From Guillardia theta CCMP2712 (lineage: Eukaryota > Protista > Cryptophyta), in assembly GCF_000315625.1 (NCBI RefSeq), contig NW_005434628.1, positions 37,508 through 101,507 on the forward strand: DNA of 64,000 nt. The letters run 5' to 3'. Both the position numbers and the translations under genes were made by a program. The number at the start of each line of letters is the position of its first letter. The stretch's first letter is position 1. The notes under the pieces are model-generated. The model was not told the origin of the DNA. It ran no database searches and was given only the letters and a program-made list of their open reading frames with translations. Shown in pieces: positions 14,699 to 28,700 of this stretch.

Positions 14699-16899
14699 TC
14701 TGATCTGGATATCTGTGGTTCGCCATGATTGTGCTGCTTGAAATATTATTCCAATGTTTTAAGAGAAATGAGTTTTAAGAGAAATGAGATTGTTAAATAT
14801 GAGAAGCTTTCAAATGATTTCATTGATGGAGATGGGATTTTAATGTGATGTGATGTGATGGTATGAGAGGAGAGGAGAGGAGATGTAGCTTGTGTAGCTT
14901 CTGTTGGTCAATGATGAGTCGAGTTTGTAAAAAACGAAAGTGAGAAACGAAGAGAACTTGAGATTGAATGATAGGATGATGGGGACGGGAGGGAGGACGA
15001 GGAAGAGAGAGTTACGAGTGAGAGCAGCTGACTGCTGCAAGGATTCGCGCATCCTCGTGTGAGAGCGAGGAGGAGGGCAGTATGCGCTGGGGCAGCCAAA
15101 GCATTTTCGACCCCCACCCCCACCCCCAAGAGGTTCACTACCCATTTGACAACAGCGAATCACCCCTCCTTATCAGCAAGAAAATGCTGTTTCCTTACCC
15201 GTTGGTCTATATTTCCTTCCTACGTTTCCTTACGAAAGCAGGCGGTTCTCTACCTGCCCCTGCCCCTGCTTCAACCCTTCTTGCTTCTAGCTCGATCCTC
15301 GCCATTCTTGCCCAGCTCCTGCTCTACATGCTCGATCATCTGCTTGTCAACTGCACCCATGCCTTGCTTTGATGTCTTGCTCTACTTGGTATTTATCGTG
15401 TATTTCTCCCTCACCATCAATATGTTCATGCCATGACACTCGCTGCTTTCCACCTGCAAGATGCACAAAAGCAGATGATGCGAGTGGCAACTAGATCAAA
15501 TCATACAACATCGCATTGTGAGGGAGGGCTACAAGTCTGAGCAGCAGCTGATGAGGACCAGGGGAAGTTGAAATAGAAGATTGACAGCAACCATGTAGTG
15601 CAACTTGAGACCTCCGCCTCCATTGAGAGGGGGGGGGAGGCGGAGGTCTCAAGTTCTCGCACCTCGTCCAACGGTGTCAGATATCTGCATGTGCGATGTG
15701 CTGCTGCTTTCACTGGTCATGCACGCGTGGCAGGACCGAGATGAGAGTTTATGAGAGCGTGATGATGCATCTTGCCCCCAAGAACTCACTGAGGTGCCTC
15801 ATCCTCCGTCGTTGACGGTTAAGCTTTAGAGGAAGGTTTGCGATGTATGAATTGTCCCTTCCCTTGCTCTTTCCCAGGACCCTCCTCTTATTTCACACTT
15901 AAACATTCCCTTGACCTGCCTTTTCTCTGCTGCTATCCCTCTTTCGCTTTCTCCCCCTTCCTCCCCAAGATGCTCACCTCGTCCGATAGCTAATTTTGCT
16001 CCCGATTGCTGCAAGCTCCTGTTGCACAATCAACTCCACAGAACAATATGGCACTTTTGTTCTCAAGTATGCGATTCTTCGCTGCTGGCGCTGTGATTTT
16101 GGCTGTGCCTGCTTCCTGTCATCATGGTGCCTTGTGTTCTCTCTAACCCTTGAGATCTTCAAGGCTCGTGTTTTAAACTTCATTTTTATCGGTAAAAAAA
16201 TGTGATTGGATTCGGGGTACACACCTTCTTGGAGGGACATAAACTATCTTCTTCCCTAGACTCGCTTCCTCTTTCCCTTGCCAGCCCTCAAGTTCCGGCT
16301 GGTGCTGCTGCCGCTGTCAGCCTTGAGCTCGAGTGTGACTGAAGGTCAACCTGACGACAGTCGGACTACTAGACTACCTGCTAGCAGACCTGATAGGCTT
16401 AAGCCGCTGAGGGGTTGGCCCGACGTTTTCTTTCTTTTTCTTTTTCTTTTTTTTCTTTTGCCAACGCCCAAGCAGTCAGGTCCCGCCAAACGACAAGTGC
16501 CAAGTGAAGGCGGGGGGAGGCGGGTACAGACTTCGGGTGGGGTAGAAGAGGGGGGGTAGGGGTAGGGGGGTTGTGATGCAGGAGGGTGGACGAATGCTGA
16601 CAGGGGGGCTTTTTTTATGGGCAGAGACCTCAGGATTAGCTCCTGGTACAAATGTTTTAGTCAAAGGGAGGGCTAACAACCAGAACCTTTGGCTTGCCAA
16701 CCGTTGCGAGTTCAAGGTTCTCCCTCTGGCCTTCGCAAGGATCGTTCACCATCCTGCATACCTTCCTTCCTCCCTATCCTGTTCTGAAGGCGGAGCTGAC
16801 TGGACATGCCCCGTCCCCCACGTCATCGAGCCTATGGACCCACACATATACGTCGATATCCACCTGTGCAACGAACAGCGATGATAAGGACAGCTTTGC

Positions 16900-17430
16900 A
16901 GTCTGTTGCAGATTAGTGTAACATGATCATGTAAGTTGTCGTGCAACGATTACAACCCAAGAATCTTGCGCATCTTTGGGAACATGCCAGTTCCCGAGTG
17001 CTCAACAGCAAGAGATCAATCGACCAGGGGGAGACACGTGCGTACGTCAAAGCATCGACCAGGAAACTGTATACAATGGACACAAAAGATGTCACTGTCT
17101 CAATTATCTTGGTGTTGTACTTAGAAATGGTATTCTCCTGATGAGTGGACCATATGAAGGTAGGAGGCATGGTGCAGCTCTGATGAGAGACAAATGTTAT
17201 TCATGATCTGGGTGGAATGCAGGGCGCGCTGGGCCGCAACTTTTATCTATATGGGGATAGCGCATTCCCAATGAATATGGTATGTCAGCGTGCATTCAGA
17301 GCACCTCCAACAGCGGATCATGCTCGTTTGAACCTGATCATGTCCAAGTTTCGTATATCGGTTGAGAACAGCTTTGGCGAAGTCAAGAACAGTTGGCGGT
17401 ATATTGAAAACAACATGAAAATAGGAATTC
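16900..17430 (+). pseudogene. PIF/Harbinger DDE_Tnp_4-type transposase fragment, disrupted and truncated
   Basis: QETVYNGHKRCHCLNY...GPYEGRRH, YLYGDSAFP, LNLIMSKFRISVENSFGEVKNSW, split across several ORFs. Confidence 0.85.
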
Positions 17431-17938
17431 TTTTTCTGTTTGTTGCCATCTCCTTGTCTCTGTAAAAAGTATCGATCCTGTCGACAACATCTTGCCATAC
17501 CTGCTCCCTTTCACCATAGGACTGGCGAGCATTACCAGATGCATTGCCCAAACCTCCTGAACAAGGACGCATTTGTTTCTTGAACTTGTTGACGTATTCC
17601 TCAAATTTGGAACTGATTGTCTTCCAATAAATGCCTTTGAAGAAAAGATCATCTATCTCCAACACACGGAGTAGGGCTTCCCACTGGGCAGTCTTGGCTC
17701 CTTCAATGATGGACAGATCCATGTCCAACCAGACTTTGGCCACTTTGAGCATCATTTCTGCAACAGTAGATTCATCAGATGGCCACTTTTTCCTTTTGCG
17801 TTCAGAACCATTGCCTGATGTACTCTGCAAACTGTCTGTAGAGATGTTACCCTCGTTTCCATTCACTGAAGCTGATTCTGGTTTTGTCGGATGCGCCGGT
17901 ACAGCGTCATCGGAGGCTGGCAACATCTCATCTGCCAT
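17430..17938 (-). mobile_element. Myb/SANT-like second ORF of a PIF/Harbinger element, 3'-truncated
   Basis: KRKKWPSDE...QWEALL...WKTISSKF...SG..SYGEREQVWQDVVD tryptophan pattern; convergent with the transposase fragment. Confidence 0.7.
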
Positions 17939-18299
17939 ACTGGAATCTTCCCACCCAAAATGTCACTCGACCCTTAATGCAACAGTTCCTAAAAAGAAAA
18001 ACAAATTGGATAAAACTCTAAAAGTTAAGGTCGTGGTACAAATTATTGACTGATTTTAGGAAGAAACTCGATTGCTTTTCCCCTATATCACAACGTCTCA
18101 AAACCAGACTAAAAAAACAAAGGTTAAAACCGCCGTGTAACGGCAGGAGCAGGTCGAAGGTTTCTGGCGCCCCCTCTAAATAACTCCAATCGGTAGTAGG
18201 GGTGGGTGAACGGATCCCTGTCCCTCTGAAGCGTTCAAGAGACAAAGAGAGGTCGTGTAACCTTTGTCTCAATAACCCCTCCTTTTGACCATGTAATAC

Positions 18300-19760
18300 G
18301 ACTTAAGTCCTGGGTAGGTACTTGGGTGAAGGATCCGTACAAGGCATCAATTTTCAGAGAAAGGGGGGGTAGGGGTGCTTCTCCGACCGGAGAGGTTTTG
18401 AAAATGCACTTCTTCGACTTTCTTCCATTCTATTAGTCTTCTTTTTATCTCGAGATCCCATCATGCCACCCTACCCTCGGACGTTTTGGAGAGCAAGTAC
18501 CCTACCCCTATCCCCTCACCCGTGCCGAACATCGGAGGGGGGGGGGGGGTGCGAGGATTTGAAAACTTGCCCAATGCTTGAAACTCTACCTCTGACGCTC
18601 ATTTGACTACCCACCCTAATCCCCTCACCACCCACCCCTTTCGTAAAAAAGCCATTTCCTGATCTGAACTATAGTTTGTGAGGTACAAGGGTCTTGAGTC
18701 ACCCCTGGGTAAGGCAGGGAATGAGGGGGTAGGGTCATGATTACTCAACAATCCAGTGGGACTCTTGCAGGGATTATAGGGATGGATCATGGGGGGTGGA
18801 ATATTGGTCCTGGTGGGGTACTGGGGTGGCAGGGGGTGGAGCAGAAGTATGGACAGATCTGTGTAAGAGTCGCAAAGAGAGGGGAAAGGAAGGGTGGGTG
18901 TCTGAATGAGGGGGGTGGGTTGGTAGACATGCTTGAGAGAGTGGGGTGAAAGTAAAGAGACGGTGGGGTAGTCAGAAATGGGGGTAGTTGGGGATGGTTT
19001 TTGGGTTCCAGAAGGCAGAAAAGGGGTCGAGCTGACGAACAGGGGTTATTCTGACCACATTAAGTGCTAAAATATATGGGTGGGTAATTGAACAGACCCT
19101 CTTAACAGATATTTCTGTGTGCGGAAAAGAGAGTCGGCTGGGGTGGGTGGGGGGTCTAGTCCTGGTTAAGGGGTAGGGGTGAGATTGGGTCTCAGAGCAA
19201 GACCATGGGTGCTTGTCTGTTAAAGCAAGTAGGGGTGGATCTAAGGGTTCTCGGAGGGGGTGGGTGGGGGGAGGTGTTCCATCCTTGCAGGGAATGACCA
19301 TTTTTGGGGTGGGGTGAGACGGTGAGGAGGGCAGGAAAGAAGGGGGGCCGGAAGGGTATCGGATATGAAAGGGGTGGGGTCAATGTCACCAGGGGTAGGT
19401 GCTCGAACGGGAAGGGCGAAAGAGTGCCGTGCTTAGGCGGGAGGCATGGAGATGTTTGAGGGATGGGGAAAATTTATTGGAGCGTAAGGCCGAAAGAGCT
19501 GAAGTAGGGGCATGTGTTCAGGATCAGAGCAGTGAAATGGCTGGACGGGTGGTACCGGTCGGGCAAGGAGTAAAGAGGAAGGTGGGTACATTGGAACTAG
19601 GGGTGGGGTAGAGGTCTTATGCATTGAAATCAGGGCGGCATGATTGGTTTATAAAAATCTCGGGGGGTTGGGTACAATCGACCTGGGGGTGGGGGTGGGG
19701 ATGACGGGTGGGGGAGGGAAGGGGGGGGGGGTTGGAAGGTGAGGGGCGGGAAGTTTGATC
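18300..19760. repeat. GGGGT/ACCCC-rich non-periodic intergenic tract
   Basis: Dense GGGGT(A/G) words, no credible ORF. Confidence 0.6.
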
Positions 19761-20977
19761 GAGGGCGATGGTGAGAGCGAGGGGGGCGAGGGCGGAAGAG
19801 AGCGGGGAAGGAGGAGGAGGAAGAGGGTGTGTGCGGATGATTCTCCTTGCCCCTCTCATGTTGTGTTGCCTCTCTGTCTCATCCTAATCTCATGCCCTTC
19901 TCTGCTCCTGTTGCTCGCTGCCTCGACCCAAGACCAGGATAGCGCTTGGTCTCATCTGGTGTCGTCTTGGGCGGCTGGGCAGCTGGATATGGCGTCTTGT
20001 GCTATTTCAAGTTGCAAACGGTCCTTGTCTCAGTCCTTCAACGTGATGTCGAACTTGTAATTCCCCTCTACTGTTTGGTCCGACTGCAGTTGGTTTCCGG
20101 AAAGACTGGCACTGGGTAGCAGCAAGCAGGAATGAATCCGAGGGTAATGGGGAGGTGTGAGGTGCAGCTGCTGAGAGATTGTGCATTATGGTCTATCGAT
20201 GAGAGTAGCTGATCCTAGTACATAGCGATTTGATAGCAGAAGGACCCCAGCCGCCTCGTGTCGCCCTGGTGAGCAGAGGTTGGGTAGTGAGGCAAGCGAG
20301 GCATGCTCGAGGCTATCTAGCAGAGTGGATAGCCCAAGATTTGACACGCGAGCACTCTCTGTCGGGAAGATTTAACAGCTCCTGACGACCTTGTTCGGAT
20401 ACGTGTATGCTTGTCTGATCGCGATCGCCTGTACATATGAAGAACAACATAAAGGCATGGAGACTTGTGTTGAACGCGCTGACTGACTTTAGATTTGTGC
20501 TTTGTTTTCAGCCAGGAAGATTATGACTGATGTGTCTTGTATTGGTTTTAATCCTCCAAATTGTGTAGAATCGAATTGTATCAGTCAGGCAACGTAACCT
20601 ACTAAAAAACCTAAACCCTAAACAGACCTCTCTTTTAGACTGGAATGAGCTGAAGCGCAAGCTGTGTAGAGGCATTAGACTGTTGCCTAGTGACAACGGG
20701 GGATTGAAGGCAGTGGTGAAATGGTGGATGCAATGTTGGAACTAGATGGAGCATCTTCAGGACTTGTCTTGTGTTAGCTCTTTGCATGCAAGATGTTTTA
20801 CAACATCCAGGAGCTGCTGACACTTAATTCCAGGTTTCATGTCCCCCGAGTATCACGATAGTAAGAGCTTGAGCACTCCGAAAAGACTTGAGGTGAACGA
20901 GATGACAGAATAGCGAGCCTACTGTCAGTTCATGCGACTACGGGAAGAGATTGCCGGATTCCATTTCATCACTTGAA

Positions 20978-22148
20978 ATGGACCAGAACTTGAATTCCAC
21001 CAGCAACCCGTTGGACTCCTTCGTGTTGCCCATTGGTCAGCCAGTCCCTCAATCTCTCAATCAGGAGACTTCCGGCATTATGCTGACTCCTTTCTTCGCT
21101 CCTTTGGCGACGAATTACGGATCGAACTTGTTTCTTCCTCACAATACTCTACCGGTTTGTCACCAGCCAGGTGAGGATCTGGTTTCTTCGTTTCCCCTCC
21201 TCACTTGGGCTTCCCCTCAGCAACTCTATCGGCAGCTTTCCCGAGACTCGACATGCTAGGGATGCAGCAGCTGCTGGGAGCGTCAAGTTTCGCGTCCTCC
21301 TCCTCCCATCTTTTCCCTCGAGGTTTCAACGCTAGCGGGCAGATGATCAGCATCCCTCAGCGAGCCTCCCACATGCCTCCGTTGCTCAGCCAAGTCAACA
21401 CGAGTACATTGGTGGGGCCTCCTGTGGATCTTCAGATTGATTTGAGCGCTCAAAAATATTTGGAAGAAGTCAGAGGTTCGGAAGAATTCGAGCAGCATCA
21501 CGTGGCAGCAAGCAGTTACAGCCCTCCTTCGAACAGATCTGCTTTCTTTCCTGTCGATCAAAGTTCCGGACTCTCTCACAAGAGGTCAACAACTTCTCTC
21601 GGTCTGCATGTCTGCAACTGATGATAGTGGTCACCTGACGACTGCGATTGTGATCTCGCAGACATTCTCAAGGAATCGCTCGATCGCAAGGCTAAGGTGT
21701 TTCCTCTATCAAGTACTCCTGTAAAACTCATGCTCATGATTCTCAGTCAGAAGACTCTTCGCTTTCATCTGCATACGTAAGCTCAACGCCTCGTTCAAGA
21801 ACGCAACTGACTCTCCTCGTACTCCAAGTCTTCCAGCAGCCATAGAAAGCCTGCAACGGGCACAAACAGCGTAAGACAACACTCTATCTTGTTCTCTCGT
21901 GCCTCACTTGAAATACAGGTGAATCGTCATGGTCAAGCGAAGAGCGGTGGCGGATGGGGTAAAGTAGAAGAAGGGTGAGACAGCGATCCCCCGATCGGTG
22001 TGGTCGTTGATCCTTGAACAGATCAACCTCGGGCAGGCACAAACCTTGGAAGATTGCTTTGACAGAATCTCAGGTACGAAGATGAGGGAGAGGGAAGGAG
22101 GGAGCTGGAGGCAGGCAGGCAGCAGCTGGAGGGAGGGAGGAAGGAAGA

Positions 22149-22211
<63 letters not shown>

Positions 22212-22672
22212 CTGGAGCAACGGGGGGGGGTTCGGAGGGAGGGTATGAGGCTTACAGAGTGGCATTTATCAGGCACAGGATATCTTTATGCAACGACCGA
22301 AGATCAAGGAGCTCTACGGGTTCGGGTAGGAGGAAGGCAGAGCATGGCTTTCAGCTTATCTACAAATGTGCTTTCAGGTCAAGTCAGTTAGGAGAGAAGT
22401 ACATGGTGAACGCCAAGACTATCCGAGACATCTGGTGCGTCTACCGTGCAGGGGATGAAGGTGATGATTGGGGAGCAGGAACCGCGAAACATGGGTCAAG
22501 GCGACGAAACACCTCTGGACGTCGGAGGAAATCATGCAGTGAGTAGGCGAGGGGAGGAGGAAAGTGGTCTGACGGTTGGATACACAGGGATGCGGCTGAG
22601 AGGGAGAGGAAACGGTTCAAGAGCAGTTGCACGGACGATGAGGCAGCAGGGAGCGGCAGCAAAAAGAATTGA
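20978..22672 (+). CDS. hypothetical protein with C-terminal HTH-like 'LT..QA..I..KY.V..KTIRDIWNR.TW' domain; spliced
   Basis: Spliced LTESQAQDIFMQRPKIKELYGSSQLGEKYMVNAKTIRDIWNRETWVKATKHLW; P/S/Q-rich N-terminus. The motif resembles a family I recall as expanded in cryptophytes. Confidence 0.7.
22151..22210. repeat. (GGCA)n microsatellite in an intron
   Basis: Directly visible. Confidence 0.95.
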
Positions 22673-22748
22673 AAGACAGGCAGGAGAAAACAAGTTTTAT
22701 TCATTCTTTAACTCTAAATGAATTCATGCGATCAACCCTAATGGTCCC

Positions 22749-25700
22749 TTAGTCTTCAGCTATCCTCCTCCTACCTCTGTTCGAATAATTCCCTCGCTCT
22801 TCGCGGTTCGTCCATGCCTCTCTCATGGAGCCCACAGGCCCGACCTCTCCAGCTGTTCTCTGCTTTTTCTCGTGCGGCTCTGCCCATCTCGTCCTCCCCT
22901 GCTCACCGTCAGCTCGATTCCAGCGGCTTGCGCCTCTTACCGCTACAGGCTCCAGGTTGAGCTCAGCTGGTGAAGGTGGGAATCGGACAGGCCGTAGAGC
23001 TTTTGTCGGATGCTGGGGACTCGGGGTGAACCAGCGACCAGCAGGGCGCTGAAAAAACTTGTGAGGAAGGCCAAGGTGAAGAGGAGGAAACGAAACCAGT
23101 TCGAGGGAGGAGATGCCGCTGCCAGCTTGCTTGCCCTTGCCGATCGCCTCGAGAGCCTCCGAGAGCTCGAAGACTTTGGCGCCTAGAAGTCGAATCTGGG
23201 CATGACACTCGGCGTTCTCACGGAGCAGTGTGCGGATGCGAATCTGAAAGCGTCGGGTTACGTTGGGATGACAGGGGGGAGGAGGAAGACCTGCAGGTGA
23301 CTCCTTGGCGTGGAAGAGGAGCCAAGCTGCTGCGTGCCTGTCGTGAGAACGAACCACAAGGACAAGCAACAACCTCTTGCTGAACTTCCCCATGAGCCGG
23401 AGCTGAATTGACTCCCTCCAGCCTATTCTCACGCAAGTTCTCCACCTCACGCTCTTTAGCCGACAGAAGTTGTCTCAGGTCTTCGCAGCTTCGCTCCTTC
23501 TCCTTTACTGTCCTCTCGAGCTTTCTGACTTGCTCCTCCTTGAGCTGCATACAAAGTTAGCACCTTCCCGGCCTTCACCAATGCCATAACCTTCAACGAC
23601 AATTCTGACTCTCTGGGTGCCTGCGCAAAAGCTTCCTGCCTGTTACTCTGTGCCTCTTCCAACGCCTGCGAAAGTCATGAATCAGGCAGCCGTCAAGTAA
23701 CTCTTACGACTCCTCGTCCCTCCGCCTTACCTGCAACTGTGAATGCAGCGAGGATACTTGGACGCGCGACTGCGAGCATTCTTCCAAGACGGAGCTCAGC
23801 CGCTTGCTAAGCTCCTTGTTGTTCTAACGCAGCAGGTGAGGAACAGATTCTTCGTACGAGCAACCTGTTCACCTCTTTCTCTACATTCAGATCCAGCGAC
23901 AACTTCCTTTTGACATCTTCAAGACACTGCAGCTCCCCTGACAGCCGACGGATTTCCTTCATCGCAACGTCACAGAAATAAAAATTGATGGCACAATTTT
24001 CTTACAGATTCTGCGGAAAGAAAGCTCTCTTTCTGATGTGTGTAAGCCGATGTGTTATATTGTTTTTCTTCTTCCAGAGTTTTAGCCCTGTCCTCCTCCT
24101 TCCTGAGCTTCTCCTCTGCCTCTGCCACCTGCTCCTCCAGCGCCCGCCTCCTCTCCTCCTCCTTCCTGAGCTTCTCCTCTGCCTCTTCCACCTGCTCCTC
24201 CAGCGCCCGTCTTCTGCCATCCGCCTTCTTGAGCTTGTCCTCTGCCTCTGCCACCTGTACCTCCAGCGCCCGTCTTCTGCCATCCGCCTTCCTGAGCTTC
24301 TCCTCTGCCTCTGCCACCTGCTCCTCCAGCGCCCGCCTCCTCTCCTCCTCCTTCCTGAGCTTCTCCTCTGCCTCCGCTGCCTCCCTCTCCAGCGTCCGCT
24401 TCGTCTCCTCCTCCTTCCTGAGCTTCTCCTCTGCCTCTGCCACCTGCTCCTCCAGCGCCCGCCTCCTCTCCTCCTCCTTCCTGAGCTTCTCCTCTGCCTC
24501 CCTTGCCCTCCTCGCTGCATCTGCCACCTGTACCTCCAGCGCCCGCCTCATGTCCTCCTCCTTCCTGAGCTTCCCCTCTAGCTCCACTCCTTTCTCCTTG
24601 GCCTCTTGATGAGCTTTGAGCTGCCCTCGGAGCTCAAGCAGCTTTCCTTCAAGGCCTACTAACCCTTCCCCACCTGTTTTCACCTCCAATCCTGCCTTCG
24701 ACGCGAGGTCCAGTATCTTCGCTTCTGTGTCCTTGATCACTGCCATCGCCTCCGCAAGCTGTCCCTTCGTTTCACCTTGCTCCTCCCTCCCTCCCGCCGC
24801 ACCCTGATGATCATACGATGTGATGCTAGGGACTGTTACCTTGTCTCTCTCAGCTCTCAGCTCCTCCTCTGCCTCCCTTGCCCTCCTCGCTGCATCTGCC
24901 ACCTGTACCTCCAGCGCCCGCCTCATGTCCTCCTCCTTCCTGAGCTTCTCCTCAGCCTTCCTTGCCCTCCCTGCTGCCTCCGCTGCCTGCTGCGTTATCA
25001 GCGAGTGCGCGTGCGAGTTGATTTCAGAGTTCTGATTGGTATTGAAATGGTCTTCGAGTGCGTGCAAAAATGCAGCAACATCCTCCATAGTGACACGGTC
25101 TATTTCAGTTTGCAAGTCGAATCTTCGAGAAAGTTTGAACATCTGATCTTTGACAAATTTCTCCTCTTCGATTTGTTTTTGGGTAAATCCATCATGTACG
25201 ATGGTTGATTGATTATTCTCTTGAATAACTTTCTCTCCACCAAATTCCCGACATGTCTGCGGTTTTGAAAGTTCGATCGTATTCAACCAACTTTCTACCT
25301 CGCTTTTGAACTTATAGAATAGGAGAAGAGTGTCTGAATCCTTGTTTTCTTCCCTTTGAAAGAATTCATACATGTTTGGCAAGCAGTAAACTGTATGTAG
25401 CGCTGACCTCCATTCATCAAAGCTTATGTAGCCATCCTTGTCTTTGTCCATGAAAGTCATGAGAATAGAAATGTCACTGTCTAAACAATGGATCTGAAGC
25501 TCATTCATAGATGTAGTAAGATCTTTCAATGATATTCTACTATCTGAATCTTTGTCGAACGCTAGAAAGCCGGAATTCAAGTTCAGATGGTTGTAATCCA
25601 GCGCGATGTTAATCTGATTCAAGATGCTGTAAACGAGTCCATGCATGTTAAAAGACAAAGAGGATCGAGACTTGTCCAGGCGACTTATTTCCATGTCGAT

Positions 25701-28700
25701 CAGACGAGAAAGGACTGAGGGAATTTCTGGATTGGTGACAGTATTCACAATATCGTCTTCCAAGACCTTAACTTTTGTTTGTTCAAATGGAATTTTGTTG
25801 TCTACCAGCATTTTTGGCGGATTGCTATGTTGTATATGTTTTTCGATCTCTTCGACTAGGTTGATTGAAGATCTGATTCCATTGTCAATGTCCATGACCA
25901 CACAACTGATGAATGCATGCTGCGCAGTCAGCTCTTCATGCTTCGCTTCCGAAAAAAAATTCTTCTCCCTAATTATCGCAAGATCTCGTTGTAAATCTGC
26001 ATTTTCCTCTTTGAACACTCTGACCTGGTCAAGCGAATAAACAAGCTCGGCAGTCGTGACTGAAAATGCGAAATGATTGAAGTCTGTTGCCAAGGATTCG
26101 ATCTCTTTGAAAAACCTTGATAGAGAATCCTTCCTGCCATACATCAAAGTTGCATTCATGAGGAGAGTTAAAAGGTGAAGCTTTTGGGCAACGTCATTCA
26201 TATCATGCACAAATTCTAATATATGCCCTTCTTGGTAATTGAACGAGTTGAGAAAAACTTTGCACAATTCGAAACATTCCGCAAGCAGAGGGAGTAATTG
26301 GCTTCCCACAAGCTTTGAAGAAGACTGTTTCTGAGTTTCCATCCAAACAATTCTCGAATATAACGAATCGAAAAATTGATTCTTTTCTTGAAATTTGCGC
26401 TCAACCTTATTGCCGGATGCTTGCAACTCTATCTGAGGTAGATTTGCGCCAAGATGTTGTGCTGATTCATCTGCATTATTAGTTGTGCCTTCTATCATAC
26501 TGCCATTCGCAGATGGAGGATTCTCTGCTTCGTGCTTCTTCGAACTAGAAGAGCTTGTCCTCGTCACTTTGTCGGTGGAGCTTGTCCTATTGATTAAGAC
26601 ATACATGGAGCGATTCGTTGGAGGAGGAAGCAGCGTCCTCTGCTTCGGGGTCTCTTGATTGACTTTGTATGGCTTCGTCAAAATTTGGTCAGCCTCATGA
26701 GCGGTTGGAGGAGGTTGCAAGACCTGCCGAGACCTCTTTGTTGAAGCGGAATCAGATGGCTGTCCACTTCCGTCGATCTGCTTGGCCAAAGCAATATCTT
26801 CGGTCGAAGTACTCGATAGAAGATTGGAAGAAGTTGCTGCATCTTGCACCAGCATGAGGATTCGCCGAGAAAAAATTCTTTCTTGTTCTGCAAAATACTC
26901 GAAATAGTCCACATCCTTCTTGCGCGCATGCTCGGTGAATTGCTCAGCGTCCTCTCGAAGCCGACGAATTTCAGCTTTCAAACTATCAGATTTAGGATGA
27001 ATTTTGCAAACATACAAATCGAATTCTGAAAGCAGTTTCTCCCTGTAGGCCATGGATGATGAGACAAACGAATCCATCTTCTTGAAAGAGGACTTCATGA
27101 AATTTTGGAGACGGTCCACCTCCGCCTTTAAAGATTCTAAACTCTTAGTAAGTGAAGATACAGATTCTTCGGCTTGCGAGATAGCTGTTTGTTCAATATG
27201 AAGCATTGCTTTCAGCAAGCATATATCTTCATCCTTTCGATGAAAAAGTTCTTGCAGGTCTTCCAGATTTAGCTCTTCATTGAAAGATTCAGATTTGACA
27301 TTCTCAATCACAATGTCAGCTTGGTTGATTCCTGAATTCTCCTGCTTCAGACCATCATCGAAATGGAATTCCTTGAGCTGTAAACGGTTCAAAATCTCAT
27401 CCACAGGAATATTCTCTGATCCGACATAATTTAAATACACTTTGATTTTCTGCTTTTTGACTATGCATTTGATAAAGAGGTCCTCATTCTTGCATGAAGC
27501 TGCAGCTGCTATTTGCCGAACCAAAGCTGTCTTGAAAGCCTGGATGTCTTCAATTTCATTAAAATGGATGTTGAATGTCACAACAACACAGCGATTCGTT
27601 TGTGTCTCTATTACACTGGAAGTTTCTGATTGTTGATTGATGCTCTGTGACTGTTTTGCTAATGCCATCATGGGTATTCTTCGTGATGCCTGAATGACTC
27701 TTAGCCAATAGAGCCATAACACACGGCTTCGGCCACTATTTTCTGCTTCGCAGCAACATGAATGAAATGTGGATATATCGGATTCTCTAAATTTTTCTTG
27801 ATGATTGCTTAAAGATTTCAGCAAATCCTCCTTCGATATTATGCCATCTTTGTCCACATCGTAAATTTTGTGAGAATCTTCTAGTTCCCCTGTGGACGAT
27901 TCAATTGCAAACAGAATGTAGCTCCCTATAGTTTTGATTGCCTGTAAATCAGTGCGGTTCAACAGAGACCACTGTGATTGGGAGAAGAACAAGTCTTTTG
28001 AGAGCTCTGATTGCTTTGAAAACATATTCCATTTCAACTTGTCGACGAAATCTTGATGTTCTGGCAAACCCAATAGCAGACGAAGTCTTTCCTTTGAAAG
28101 GTTTGGTTGCAAGACAGCAAAGACATCGAACAAGTCGTTAATATCTACCTTCCCGTGATGATCATCCTTGCTGAAGCAATCGTAAAATTGATCAGCAGTG
28201 AGAGAAGATAATTGTAAGACACCATTCAGATAATCATAGATAGATGGTTCTAGAAATTTGGTAGAGGAAAATTGTGATTTTTTTTTCGGGCTTTGTTGCG
28301 TTGAAATTTCTCTTGCATTTGAGTTCGTCGTCCCTTCCTTTCTTGAATCTAATACCTGTTGGGCATCAGCATTTTTCAAAGCCAGGATCCACACATCCTT
28401 TGAAATGGCGTCCCCGTTTCCGCATAACTCATGAAACCATTTCAGTAATGTTGCTGAAGGCATTCTAAGATTCAAGTGCTCAACAGATTCCAAGAAGTCA
28501 TGTTGCGAAAGTCTGCCATCACCATCACAGTCAAATTCTCTAAAGCCTTCCTCGATTTCAAAGTGATTATATTTTAAAACTGCAGCCAGCGCATTTGAGA
28601 CTTGAGCCAGGTCGGATCCAGACATCTTTGGAGCTGATCCCTGCTTTTTTACAGAACTTGTGCCTTCAGAAAGATATGCTGGAGTTTCTGCGACCTCAAC

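Noticed and set aside
16280-18300. TIRs and TAA/TTA TSD for the Harbinger relic
   Set aside because: No convincing inverted pair found by eye.
20605-20625. CCTAAACCCTAAA telomere-like sequence
   Set aside because: Fewer than two full units; compatible with chance or a telo-box.
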